From assembly GCF_009914755.1 (NCBI RefSeq), contig NC_060937.1: 64,000 nucleotides of DNA; one strand, 5' to 3'. The notes under the pieces are model-generated. The model was given only the letters and a program-made list of their open reading frames with translations, was not told where the DNA came from and ran no database searches. Shown here in pieces: positions 30,346-43,500 of the stretch. Origin of the DNA: the human T2T-CHM13v2.0 reference genome, Homo sapiens. Numbering within the stretch: the first letter of the stretch is position 1; the number at the start of each line of letters is the position of its first letter. The translations under genes were made by a program, and so were the position numbers.

Positions 30346-31951
30346 ATGGGTCAGGCACAAAGTAAGCCCACCCCACTAGGAACTATGTTGAAAAAATTTC
30401 AAAAGGGGATTTAAGGGAGACTATGGAGTTACTATGACTCCAGGAAAACTTAGAACTTTGTGTGAGATAGACTGGCCAGCATTAGAGGTGGGTTGGCTAT
30501 CAGAAGGAAGCCTGGATGGGTCCCTTGTCTCAAAGGTATGGCACAGGGTAACCTGTAAGCCAGGGCACCCAGATCAGTTCCCATATATAGCTTCTTGGTT
30601 ACAGCTAGTTTTAGATCCCCTACATTGGTTAAGAGGACAGGCAGCAGCAGTACTAGTGGCAAAGGGACAGTTAGTTAAGGAAAGGTCTTGCTCCACCCAC
30701 CAAGGGAAGTTGGCACCAAAAGTCCTGTCTGACCCAACACTAGAAGAATCATGGCAGGAATTGGTACCAGCAGTGCCCCCTCCTTAGTGAGAGGAAGGGC
30801 TCCCCATTCCTAAGCCCACAGCACCTACAACTCCACCTCCACCAGATATCCACACTCCTAGACCACCCGGAGTAGACAAAAGAGGAAGTGAAGCCATAGT
30901 AGAAACTCCTCCCTTGGCAGCTCACTTATGGCCCAAGACTGGAATCCAAATGCCCCTGAGAGAGCAACAATATACTGGGGTAGATGAGGAGGGACACATG
31001 GTGGAAAGGCGTGCCTTTGTGTACCAACCTTTCACCTCTGCTGACCTCCTCAATTGGAAAACTAATACTCCATCTTACACCAAAAAGCCTCAAGCTTTAA
31101 TTGACGTGCTCCAAACTATTATACAGACTCATAATCCTACTTGGGCTGATTGCCACCAGCTGCTCATGTACCTCTTTAAAACAGATGAAAGGCAAAGGGT
31201 GCTCCAGGTGGCAACTAAGTGGTTAGAGGAGCACGTCCCAGCCGATTGCCAAAACCCGCGAGAATATATAAGAATTCAGCTGCCTGGAACAGACCCCCAA
31301 TGGGACCCGAACGAGGGACCAGACATGGAGAGGCTAAGACAGTACCGTGAGGCATTAATAGAAGGTCTAAAGAAAGGGGCTCAAAAGGCTACATATGTAA
31401 ATACGGTTTCTGAGGTCATCCAAGGAAAAGAGGAGGGTCCAGTGCTATTCTATGAAAGACTGTGTGAGGCTTACCGTATGTACACTCCTTTTGATCCAGA
31501 TAGCCCTGAAAATGAGCGCATGATTAACATGGTCTTAGTCAGTCAAAGCGCGGAAGATATCAGGAGAAAATTGCAGAAACAGGCTGGGTTTGCGGGTATG
31601 AATACCTCGCAGTTACTGGAAATAGCCAAGCAAGTGTTTGTGAATAGAGATGCAGCAAGCCACAGAGAAAGCCATAAGGAAGGTAAAAGCCAGGCCAGGT
31701 GAAACACCGACTTACTGGCCGTGGCCATTAGGGGAATTCCCCCAAAAGGAGAGGGAAAGGGGGGTTCTGGGAAGAATACCTAGTCTAATTGCCCACGCTT
31801 GCAACGTAACCAATGTGCCTATTGTAAGGAAATAGGACATTGGAAAGATAAGTGTCCCCATCTGAAGGAAAAGCAAGGTTATTCAGAACAAAAGACCTCA
31901 GGTAAAGACGAGGGAGCTCTGTTCAATCTGGCTAAAGGGCTATTAGACTGA
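30346..31951 (+). pseudogene. gag: HERV-E gag (MA-CA-NC), disrupted
   Basis: MGQAQSKPT myristoylation start; frameshift in the A-run ~30391; stops at 30785, 31700 and 31781; capsid MHR 'IQGKEEGPVLFYERL'; CCHC knuckle CAYCKEIGHWKDKC at 31814-31855; terminal TGA 31949-31951. Confidence 0.92.
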
Positions 31952-34900
31952 AGGGGACTGGGCTCAAGTGCCCCCAAGGAACTCATGTTCAGGATTACAA
32001 CTGGGGGCAAGGACATTAAGTTTTTGGTCGATATTGGTGCTGAACATTCAGTAGTGACCACCCTGGTCACCCCCTTATCCAAGAAAACCATTGATATAAT
32101 CAGAGCAATGGGAGTTTCCATTAAGCAGCCTTTCTGTCTATCAGGGACCTGATCGGTGGGGGGACATGAAATAGTTAACCAGTTCTTGTACATGCTTGAC
32201 TGTCCCTTGGCCTTGCTGGGAAGAGACTTGCTTAGCAAGCTGAGAGCCACCATCTCCTTTACAAAACAGGGCTCTTTACAGCTAAAGTTACCAGGAACAG
32301 AAGTTATCATGGCCCTTACGGTCCCCCAGGAAGAAGAATGGAGACTTTTTCTAACCGAGCCAGGCCAAGCGATAAAACCAGCTCTAGCTAAGTAGTGGCC
32401 CCAAGTATGGGCGGAGGATAATCCTCTGGGACTGGTGGTCAACCAAGACCCTGTACTCATAGAAGTTAAGCCTGGGGCCCAACCAATTAGACAAAAGCAG
32501 TATCCGGTTCCCAGAGAAGCTCTTGAAGGAATCCAGGTTCATCTCAGGTGCTTGAAAGCCTATGGAATTATAGTTCCTTGCCAGTCTCCATGGATCACCC
32601 CTTTCCTGCCTTCCCCCAAGCCAGAGACCAAGGACCACCGGCCAGTATAGGACTTGTGTTTGGTCAACCAAGCTACAGTGACTCTGCACCCAACAGTTCC
32701 TAACCATTACACATTGTTACGGCTGCTGCCAGCTAAGGACAGCTGGTTTACCTGTCTGGACTTAAAAGATGCCTTCTTTAGCATCAGACTAGCTCCTGAG
32801 AGCCAGAAGCTGTTTGCCTATCAGTGGGAAGACCCATAGTCAGGTGTCACTACTCTGTACACTTGGACCCGGCTTCTCCAACGGTTCAAGAACTCCCCTA
32901 TTATCTTCAGGGAGGCCCTGGCTCAAGACCTGCAAAAGTTTCCTGCTAAAGACCTAGGCTGCATCTTGCTCCTGTATGTGGACGACCTTCTGCTGGGATA
33001 CTCCATGGCAGTAGGGTATGCAAGAGGGACAGATGCCCTGCTTCTGCACCTTGAGGATTGTGGGTATAAAGTGTCCAAGAAGAAAGCTCAGATCTGCAGA
33101 CAATAGGTACGCTACCTGGGATTCACTATTTGGAAAGGGGAGCGCGGCCTGGGGTCAGAAAGAAAGCAGGTCATCTCCAGCCTACCAGAACCTAAAACCA
33201 GAAGGCAAGTAAAGGAATTCCTAGGAGCTGTGGGGTTTTGCAGATTATGGATTCCAAACTTTGCAGTACTAGCCAAACCTTTGTATAAAGGGGGACTACT
33301 GGGAGCTTTTTGAATGGGGGCCTCTACAACAGCAAGCCTTTTGTAAGTTAAAGGAAAAACTTATGTCGGCCCAGCCCTAGGACTACCAGATTTGACAATG
33401 CCCTTTACACTGTGTGTGTCAGAAAGAGAAAAAATGGCAGTTGGAGTTTTAACCCAGACTGCGGGGCACTGGCCAAGGCCAGTGGCCTAGCTCTCAACAC
33501 AACTAGACGGGGTTTCCAAATGCTGGCCTCGTGTCTAAGGGCCCTGGCAGCAATGGCCCTATTAGCACAAGAAGCAGATAAACTAACCCTTGGGCAAAAC
33601 CTGACTGTGGTAACCTTGATGAATACCAAAGGGCATCATTGGCTAACAAATGCTAGATTAATCAAGTACCAAAGCTTGCTATGTGAAAATCCCTGCATAA
33701 CCATTGAAATCTGTAACACCCTAAATCCTGCCACCCTACTCCCAGTATCAGAGAGCCTGGTTGAGCATAACTGTGTAGAGGTGTTGGACTCAGTTTACTC
33801 TAGCAGACCTGACATTCGGGACCAGCCATGGGAATCAGCAGACTGGGAGTTATATGTGGACGGGAGCAGCTTCATCAACCCACAAGGAGAAAGATGTGCA
33901 GGATATGCTGTGGTAACTTTGGATGCTATCATTGAAGCCAAACTGTTTCCACAGGGCACTTCAGCCCAGAAGGCTGAGCTCATTGCTTTAACTCGGGCTT
34001 TAGAATTCAGTGAAGGTAAGACTGTAAACATCTACACGGACACTCGATGTGCCTTTCTAACCCTCCAAGTGCATGGAGCATTATATAAGGAAAAGGGCCT
34101 GTTAAACTCTGGGGGAAAGGACATAAAATATCAACAAGAAATTCTACAATTATTAGAGGCAGTGTGGAAACCTCAGAAGGTAACAGTCATGCACTGCAGG
34201 GGATACCAGCAAGCCTCCACCTCAGTGGCCTTAGGAAACTCTCGAGCTGATTCAGAAACTCAAAAAGCAGCATCTACCCCTTACCGGGCATCGGTAGCAG
34301 TGCCCTTACTCCCTCAAACACCTGACCTGGTACCTACCTATTCTAAGGAAGAAAAAGACTTTTTCCATGCAGAAGGGGGGCAAGTAATAAAAGGAGGATG
34401 GATCAGACTGCCAGATGGAAGGGTAGCTGTGCTGCAGTTGCTGGGAGCCACAATCATATTGGCCGTGCACAAAACCACTCATCTAGGTCGAGTCACTTGA
34501 AAATTCATCAGGCTAGGACTTCTACATCTCACACTTCTCAGTCCTTGCCAAAGCAGTAGCACAACGGTGTGTTACTTGCCAACAGCACAATGCTAGGCAA
34601 GGCACCTCTGTTCTGCCCGGCATACAAGCTTATGGAGCAGCTCCTTTTGAGGATCTTCAGGTAGATTTCACAGAGATGCCAAAATGTGGAGGTAACAAGT
34701 ATTTGCTGGTTCTTGTATGTACTTACTCTGGGTGGATGGAGGCTTATCAAACATGAACTGAAAAGGCCTACGAGGTAACGCATGTGCTTCTCTGAGATCT
34801 TATTCCTAGGTTTGGACTGCCCTTATGAATCGGCTCAGATAACGGGCCGGTGTTTGTGGCTGACTTGGTACAGAAGACAGCAAAGGCATTAGGAATCACT

Positions 34901-35512
34901 TGGAAGCTCCATGCCGCCTACCGACCTCAGAGTTCTGGAAAGGTGGAGTGAATGAATCAGACTACCAAAAATAGTTTAGGGAAAGTATGTCAGGAAACAG
35001 GATTAAAGTAGATACAGGCCCTTCTTATGGTATTGTTTAAAATTAGATGCACTCCTTCTAAGAAAACAGGATCCTCCCCTTAAGAAATACTATATCATAG
35101 GCCTCCTCCTATAATACGGGGGCTTCCAGGCACTCCCCGAGAGTTAGGTGAAATTGAATTACAGCAACAGCTATAGGCTTTAGGAAAAATTACACAGATA
35201 ATCTCAACTTGGGTAAATGAGAGGTGTCCCATCAGCTTATTCTCCCCAGTTCACCCTTTCTCTCCAGGTGATTGCGTGTGGATCAAGGACTGGAACGTAG
35301 CTCCTTTACAGCCATGGTGGGAAAGACCTCAGACCGTCATCCTGACCACCCTCATGGCTGTAAAGGTAGAAGGAATCCCAGCCTGGATCCACCACAGCCG
35401 TGTGAAACCTGCAGCCGCTGAAACCTGGGAGGCAAAACCAAGCCTGGACAACCCCTGCAAAGTGACTCTGAGGAGGACGACAAGCCCTGCTCCAGTCACA
35501 CCTCTAAGCTGA
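31952..35512 (+). pseudogene. pol: HERV-E pro-pol (protease, RT, RNase H, integrase), disrupted
   Basis: Same frame as gag; protease FLVDIGA at 32021; RT DLKDAFF and YVDD at 32975-32986; RNase H LYVDGSS...SAQKAEL; IN H-H-CVTC, LQVDFTE, GSDNGP; C-terminal WIHHSRVK; many stops and frameshifts. Confidence 0.93.
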
Positions 35513-35519
35513 CTGGTCC

Positions 35520-37587
35520 ATGCATGGCCGAAGCATGAGGAGGATCATTGTGGGACTCATTTTCCTTAAAATTTGGACTTGTATAGTAAAAACTTCCACT
35601 GATTTTCCCCACGTGAAGGACTGTTCTCAGTGTATACATCAGGTTACCGCGGTAGGGCAACAAGTTAAAACGATCTTTCTGTTCTATAGTTATAGAATGC
35701 CTAGGAAGTTTAAAAGGAACATGTTTATATAATGACACTCAGTACAAGGTATGTAGCCCAGGAAACGACCAGTCAGATATGTGTTATAATCCCTCTGAGC
35801 CTCCCATGTCCACAGTGTTTGAAATAAGATTAAGGACTGAAGACTGGTGGGGACTCATAAATGATACAAGTAAAGTATTAGCCAGAACAGAAGAAAATGA
35901 GGTGCCCAAACGCATAATCTTGAAATTTAATGCGTGTGCTGTCATTAATAGCAATAAGTTAGGAAAGAGATGTGGCTCTTTTAATTGGGAAAAAGTTTAT
36001 ATGACTGAAAATAAGTACATTTGTCATGAATTAGGACTGTGTGGAAGTGAATGTGGATACTGGTCTTGTGTCATTTGGGCCACTTGGAAAAAAAATGAAA
36101 AGGATCCAGTCCACCTTCAGAAAGGAAAAAATGGCCCTTCCTGTATTAAGAGACAATGTAACCCCTCAGAGCTAATGATAACCAATCCCCTTGATGCTCA
36201 CTGGAAAAAAAGGGGAGCGTGTGACCTTAAGAATCGATGGGGCTGGACTGGATCTTCGAGTAAATATCTTAGTTTGAGGAGAAGTTTACAAACGCTCTCC
36301 TGAGCCAGTGTTTCAAACTTTCTATGATGAACTAAATGTGCCAGTACCAGAAATTCCAGGAAAAACTAGAAATTTGTTTTTGCAATTAGCCGAGCATGTA
36401 GCCCAGTCTCTCAATGTCACTTCATGTTATGTTTGTGGAGGAACTGTAAAGGGAGATCAATGGCCATGGGAAGCCCGAGAATTAGTACCTACAGACCCAG
36501 TTCCTGACAAATTCCCTGCTCAAAAGAATCACCCTGATAATTTCTGGGTCCTAAAAACCTCAATTATTGGACAATATTACATAGCTAGAGAAGGAAAATA
36601 ATTCACTCACCCCGTGGGACAACTTAGTTGTCTGGGACAGAAACTGTATAATGGTACCACAAAAACAGTCACTTGGTGGAGTTCAAATCACACACAGAGG
36701 AATGCATTTAGTAAATTCCCAAAGTTGCAAACAATGTGGACCCACCCGGAGTCCCACCGGGACTGGACAGCCCCCACTGGATTATATTGTATATGTGGAC
36801 ATAGAGCTTACACCAAATTACCCGACCAGTGGGCAGGTAGTTGTGTTATTGGCACTATTAAGCCATCTTTCTTCTTACTGCCCATAAGAACAGGTGAACT
36901 CCTGGGCTTCACTGTCTATGCTTCCTGCAAAAAGGGAAGCATAGCTATAGGAAATTGGAAAGATGATGAATGGCCCCCTGAGAGAATCATACAATATTAT
37001 GGGCCTGCTACTTGGGAACAAGACAGCTTGTGGGGATACCAGACCCCCATTTACATGATCAACCAAATCATACGGTTACAAGCTGTCTTAGAACTAATCA
37101 CTAATAAAACTGGCAGAGCCTTGACTATTCTGGCCTGGAAAGAAACTCAGATGAGAAATACTGTCTATCAAAATAGATTGGCTCTCGACTACTTGCTAGC
37201 AGCTGAAGGTGGGGTCTGTGGGAAATGTAACCTTACTAATTGCTGTCTACACATAGATAATCAAGGGCAAATAGTTGAAGACATAGAGATATGACAAAAC
37301 TGGCACATGTGCCTGTGCAAGTGTGGCATGGATTTGATCCTGGGGCCATGTTTGGAAAATGGTTCCCAGCACTAGGAGGATTTAAAACTCTTAATAGGAG
37401 TTATAATAGTAATAGGAATCTGTTTACTGCTCCCTTGTTTGCTACCTGTACTTCTTCAAATGATAAAAACTTCATCGCTACCTTAGTTGACCAAAATGCT
37501 TCAGTACACGTGTAATGTATAAATCACTATTGATCTGTCTTGCAAGAAGACATGGGTAGTGAGAATGAAAGTGAGAACTCCCACTAA
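35520..37587 (+). pseudogene. env: HERV-E env (SU-TM), disrupted
   Basis: Signal peptide MRRIIVGLIFL, CSQC motif, TM immunosuppressive domain QNRLALDYLLAAEGGVC plus Cys loop at 37169-37246; split into at least 5 ORF pieces. Confidence 0.92.
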
Positions 37588-37601
37588 TGAGTGAAGTTCT
37601 C

Positions 37602-37616
37602 AAAGGGTGGGGGGAA
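37602..37616 (+). other. Polypurine tract
   Basis: aaagggtggggggaa immediately before the 3' LTR. Confidence 0.85.
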
Positions 37617-38079
37617 TAAGGGAGGAGACCACCCCTCATATTGTCTTATGCCCAGTTTCTGCCTCCAAAAAAGAAGTAAAAACTAAAAGGCAGAAATGAA
37701 ATCCACAGGCAGACAGTCTGGTGCCATGCTCTGGGCCTGGTAGTTAAAGATCGACCCCTGACCTAATCGGTTATGCTATCTATAGATTACAGACATCATA
37801 TAGAAAAGCACTGTGGAAATCCCTGTCCTGTTCTATTCTGTTCTGTTCTAATTACCGGTGCATGCAGCCCCCAGTCACATACCCTCTGCTTGCTCAGTCG
37901 ATCACGATCCTCTCATGCGGACCCCCTTAGAGTTGTAAGCCCTTAAGAGGGACAGGAATTGCTCACTCGGGGAGCTCGGTTTTTGAGATGTGAGTCTTGC
38001 CGATGCTCCCAGACGAATAAAGCCCTTCCTTCTTTAACTCGATGTCTGAGGGGTTTTGTCTGCGGCTCGTCCTGCTACA
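37617..38079 (+). promoter_or_regulatory. 3' LTR (LTR2)
   Basis: Direct repeat of the 5' LTR, AATAAA at 38016, ends ctgctaca. Confidence 0.95.
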
Positions 38080-38442
38080 GATAAATTTCTAGAAACACTA
38101 TAGCAAGACCTATAATTAAAAATTAATAGTTAAACATTTCTCAAAACAAACAAGCAACAGACCCCAAGACCTGATATGCTCACAGAGAAGTTCTCCTGAA
38201 ATGTTAAAGGAAAACTTAGATTGTTGTGGAATATAATGTTCTCAGGAGAGAGAAAGGATTTCTTAAACAGAGTTTACCAAAAGGGCAAAGGTTGATAGAT
38301 TCACATAAGCTCTATTTAAGATTCTTTTTTCATCAAACTATACCACCGAAAAAACAGAAAACGAATCATAGCATGGGGAATAATACTTTCAACACTTTAA
38401 TCTCACAAAAAAACTAGTGCTCAGAATATAGTTTAAGAACTC

Positions 38443-39213
38443 TGAAGCAGAAACCACCCTTAGGGGCCTGTTGGCTCCCCCAAAACATGGACATAAAGGA
38501 AAATCTTCAGTTTTTTCAAGAGAAATTTTAAGCACTGAGCTGTCCCTGAGAAGTAAATGAACCACTTGATAAGCAACAGGTAATAGTAGCTTAAAACAAT
38601 AGCCAAAGAAGTTAGTCATGCAACATTTGGTTTCATACAGAGACAAAAGATAATATCTTAACATGTCCCTGAGTTGTTTTTCAGAAACCTGGATCCCTTA
38701 CCGAAAAGGAATCCTCTAGCACATAGACTTCAGACATGGGACAGCTGAGGAGTAAATTCTGGCAGCCATTCTTCATTCTAAATTTATTTCTGAGGATCCT
38801 GGAGGAAGTCACACCCACAGGCCAGGCCTAATATTCCTTTTGACTGACCCCAAGTGTTTAGACAAAGCTTTCCTTCCTTAACCAATTGCAGATCAGGAAA
38901 TCTTTTAGTCCACCTCTGGCCTATGAGCCCCTGCTTCAAGATATCCTGCCTTTTTAGGCCAAAACAATGTATAACCTCCATATATTGATTTAAGATTTTG
39001 CCTGTAACATCCTTTTCCCTGAAATTTACTCCTGCCTTTAAAAACCCTTGCTTGTAAGCCATTGGAGAGGTCGAGTCTTAAACATGAGCTGCCTGATTCC
39101 ATTCGCTTGGCACACTGCAAATAAACACACTCATTTCTCCTGCTGCAAAACCGTGGTATGGATGTTTTGCCTTATTGCACTGGGCAAACAGACTCTAGTT
39201 TGATGCAGTAACA
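38443..39213 (+). mobile_element. ERV1 solo LTR (MER39/MER34-like)
   Basis: tgaagcagaaa...cagtaaca termini; AATAAA ~39120; internal 'aagtaaatgaaccacttgataagcaac', 'gagttgtttttcagaaacc'. Confidence 0.6.
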
Positions 39214-40303
39214 CTAAAAATTATTAGTGTATGAATACAGCAAAAATTAGCTTCTCAATCACACTGCATGCTTGTCACAGGTGGGCTGTATCTCTGCTTT
39301 GTGGTCTCACTTAGGGGACCAGGTTCCTGAAGCAAATCTATCTGAAATATTACTGATCTCAGGACAGATGATAAGGAATCATAAAATTCACAAACTGGCT
39401 CTTAAATATTGTGCACAGACATGACACACACCTTTTCCATTCATGTTTCATTGGTGACAGTAAGTAACTGACCACCCCTGAGTGCCATAGAACAGAACAG
39501 TATAATTCTCCTACAGGGAGGAATATCACTGGAAGTCAATCTCAGAAAGGGATGGAGATTTTAAACATTCATACAATCTCTCAGGGGGCATGTCACAGAC
39601 AAGAAACATATTAAATGACACTCATTCTCATTACCAGTCATGAAGAAGGCAATCAAAGCCATAGTAAAATATACATTGATTTGCTGTGTTGGAAAAATGA
39701 AAAAAAAGATGCTGACAAATTTGGTGAAGATTTGGAAGAACTAATGGGATCGTCATATGTCGTGGTGGCAGTGTTAATTTCTAAAAACACTGTGGAAAAC
39801 AATTATTATCTAGTAAAGTTAAAAGTTTAGCATCCCTATGACCTAGTCCTCTGTTCCTTGGAATATACCCTGTGGAACACCATCGCAAGTACTCTAGGAG
39901 CCATATACAGGAATATTGTGGCAAAATTATTTTTTATATAAACAAATTACTTTTAATACTACTAAATTAAAAACATCTTAAATTTGTATTAATAAAACGG
40001 GCAAATAATATATTTATTTGTTTTACTTATTAATGTGGCCCAAATAATTATATAGGTTTCATTCCTTTAATAAAGTAATACATAATAATAAAATATATAA
40101 ACTATAGTTCACATAAAATCACAGATGTTTTTAACAAACTTACTATGTAATGAAGAAATATAACTCATAAATAAATATATGATATGATTCAATTAATATA
40201 AAACTCAAAATAAACCATTATAAACTGGGTTTTGTAATTATAATTACATTAGTTTGTATAGTAATTATAAGGATGTGTATATAGTTAATAAAATCATTTA
40301 TTC

Positions 40304-40576
40304 AGACCGGGAGTGGTGGCACAGGCCTATAATCCCAGCACTTTGGGAGGCCGAGGCGGGTGGATTGCTGGAGGTCAGGAGTTTGAGACCAGCCTGGCCA
40401 ACATGGCGAAACCCCCATCTCTACTAAAAATACAAAAATTAGCCGGGTATGTCTGTAATTCCAGCTACTCAGGATGCTGTGCACGAGAATCGCTTGAACC
40501 CAGGAGGCAGAGGTGGCAGTGAGCCGAGATCACGCCACTGCACTCCAGAGTGAGGACTCTGCCTCAAAAAAAAAAA
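40304..40576 (+). mobile_element. AluS with two short internal deletions
   Basis: Alu dimer; TSD aaaatcatttatt at 40290-40302 and 40577-40589. Confidence 0.92.
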
Positions 40577-43500
40577 AAAATCATTTATTTAAACAAGAAA
40601 CTATTTTTGAAGACATAATAGAAAAAAAATACAATATTTTGTGGGCTCTTAAAATACCTATACACTTTCCTCCCAACCTCATCCTCCCACTTAGCTTGAG
40701 TTAATGTCAGGAACTTTTTAGGAATTGAAATTTTCTCTGCTTACATCTACAAAACACAGTAAAGATTTTCTATTTAGTAATGTCTAAGATGGATTTGGGT
40801 TAAGTTTAATGGCAAAATAAATTGCCTTAAAAATAATTATTTTCAAAATATCAAGTGGGACAGGAATAAAGATATAGCAAATATGAAATTTCTAAAGTAT
40901 GTGAAAAATATGTTCTTGGGTTTAAGAAAAGAGCTGAGTCTACTCCTTAACGAAAAATCCTTCTTACAGCAGTAATAGTATTTTCTTAAAGCAACTTCTG
41001 TTGTTTTGGCCTTTGCCAACCTGACAAGATTTCAGGCATACAAATTGCAGTCTGCTTAGTTTAGCCAAATCAACTTGAAAAGTTCTGCCCATAAAAATCT
41101 CTCACTTCTCTAGCTCTCAAACAGATTTAAATGAGGAAAGTCTGGTACTTAATGTTCTCCTGGTTAGGTTGCTTAGCGACCACTCCACCCTGCAGCTTAC
41201 ACTGTGGGTTAGGTGTGAAGTTCACTATTGCAACACTTACTGGAATACAAGTGAACATACAAACAAATGTAATGAAATAACATACCTCCAAAAATCATTT
41301 GGCATGTCTTTTGCCAGGAAAAATGGAGTTTACTCCTTAATATTAGCTCTATTTTCTTTTTCATAAATTTGATTTCTAAAAGCTCTGTATACATAATTCC
41401 AGAATTGACTGAATGTCTACCTATTGTTTTTTTAAAAGATTTATTGTCACTGATTTAAAAGGGTTCACCTTAAGATAGTCTATATATATAAGGTGACTTA
41501 TACAGTCATCAATAAACATGTTAAACAAGTAAATATTTTAATTCAGAATTTTTTGTGTGTTTGTGAGCGGAAGAGATATGGTTTGGAAACAAAGTTTAGA
41601 TGTTTAGATTATATTAAGATTATGAACTTAAAACGTTTTCAAAGAAAATGCAAAACACTCTATAAATTGCTATTCTTTAAAATATATTTTTTATGGTTTT
41701 CATTCTTTGGTCATATCGTGAGTGTCATGAATATGACTAACACGAGTTGTGATCTCTAAAACTGTAATGAAAATGGTTCTTCTTCAAATGTCTTACTTGA
41801 ATTTACAACCAAATCTTTATTTGATTGATGTTCTATTTTGGATCATTTATATTTATAATTTTCATCTTAAGCATGTCACGAAACTTATCATCAAGGATTT
41901 TCTTTTTTTCAAAAAACAAATGAAACATATTCTTACCTGTTTCTAACATACCTGTAAAATGATGGGCCAGATATGGTGCAAAAACATCTAAACCTGGGTT
42001 AATATATTGCTAGCATATAAATATTATTTCTTGTAAAAGATTTTTGATGCATTATTGAGGAGACATCTAATCTCTATTTTGTATTCCTGCTATACATAAA
42101 ACAAATTAAATTTTGAAACCAATTATGGGTTTATGTTATAAGTCTTACAGTCCAGTTTGTTGCCTTACATCATAAAGATATCTTTGGTTTTTCCCCTTAA
42201 TCACTAATTAAGCGAAGATAGTTATAGTTAATATCTAATAGACGTGTTATTGAAATGCATTGTGTTTAACATGGGAGTAGTTGTATTACTCATGAAAACT
42301 TTTTTTATGTTTAACATTTTCCAGTAAATTGCAATGAATTGACTTCTTTATGAAGAAAAAAATTATATCAGAGATAAATCATTTTCAAAAATTGGCTGTT
42401 TTGGCTTTCTATCAATTTTCTCAATTGAGCTTCATCTTTTCCCCAGGAAAAGAAAATGATTTTAAGCATTTCCCAAGCTGATAAGCATCATCACTGAAGT
42501 ATGTTAAAGGCCTGATTTCTGTTGGTTAATCCTATTGTTACCTTATAACTAAACTTAGTAAACATTTTCATGTATGAGATGTCAAAAATTTCAGAACCAG
42601 CAGGTAGCAGCAAAATAAAAAAAACAAGGCTGAACAACTTGATGGGCTACAAGGCTGAGATTAGTGTGGAAAACAAAAACAGAGAGTTCTGATCTTGAGT
42701 ACAAAAATAGTACTAATTTGAACATGCATGACAGCATTTCTGTGCATAAAATCCTAGAATGTCTTGTGTGATGATGTATGAGAAGTAAATTCTTGAAATT
42801 GTAAATAAATGCATTTTTCATATGTATTATTTCTTTTTAGATTGATCAGTTCAATAAAGGAGACACAAAATAGATCACAGAATTTCCTAAGTAAGAATTC
42901 AGTGCCTAGAAGTTGTCTTTAAATCTTCTTATTGTTGTTGACCTCATGGTCCCTTGTTCTGCTGAGTGTGCCCAAGGCAGTTCTTCCTGTCAGTGCCTGA
43001 AAAGAAGCATTGATTCTCTCCTAACTATTCAGTACAGCACAGACCAGCAGATTAAGGGAGGTGCTAATGGCAAGATCGGGAGTAGGGAGAAAAAGAATTC
43101 AGAGACATGGAGAGGCATATAAGATTCAGAAATGAAGTTATTGCCTGCATTAAAAAACATACACATAGAAATAGACATTTATTGAAGAATATAAAAATGG
43201 ATATAAAAAAGCATAGCTGCTTAGTTTTGTTGACAAAAAACTAAAAAAAAAAAGAAAGAAAAAATAAAACGAGGTGTTCTTTGAATAAACAAGTAACATT
43301 TGGGTAAGGAGGGTGGTGGAGAGGACAAAAGTGAGATGACAGATGGAGCTAGCTTACCAAAGTAGAAGATTAGAATAAAGAACTTCAACTTAGCATTGAA
43401 CAAAGGGTTAGAAGTTTCTCTAGCACAGACTGGAATACCTTTCTCTGTAGTAGAAAATGAAATATTAAAACGCTTTATTATTGCACTGGAGCAGATAATT

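Larger units (their letters stand above)
29417..38079 (+). mobile_element. HERV-E provirus (gammaretrovirus-like, LTR2), full length, defective
   Basis: Paired ~462-bp LTRs, tRNA-Glu PBS, gag/pro/pol/env motifs in order, polypurine tract. Confidence 0.95.

Noticed and set aside
31879-32460. 193-aa antisense ORF over the ERV protease region, and other antisense ERV ORFs
   Set aside because: Shadow frames of gag/pol with no recognisable motifs.
41930-43005. Possible minus-strand splice sites (cttttcag acceptor ~42997; cag|gtaaga donor ~41936)
   Set aside because: Isolated consensus words with no supportable exon pairing or reading frame; expression data would be needed.
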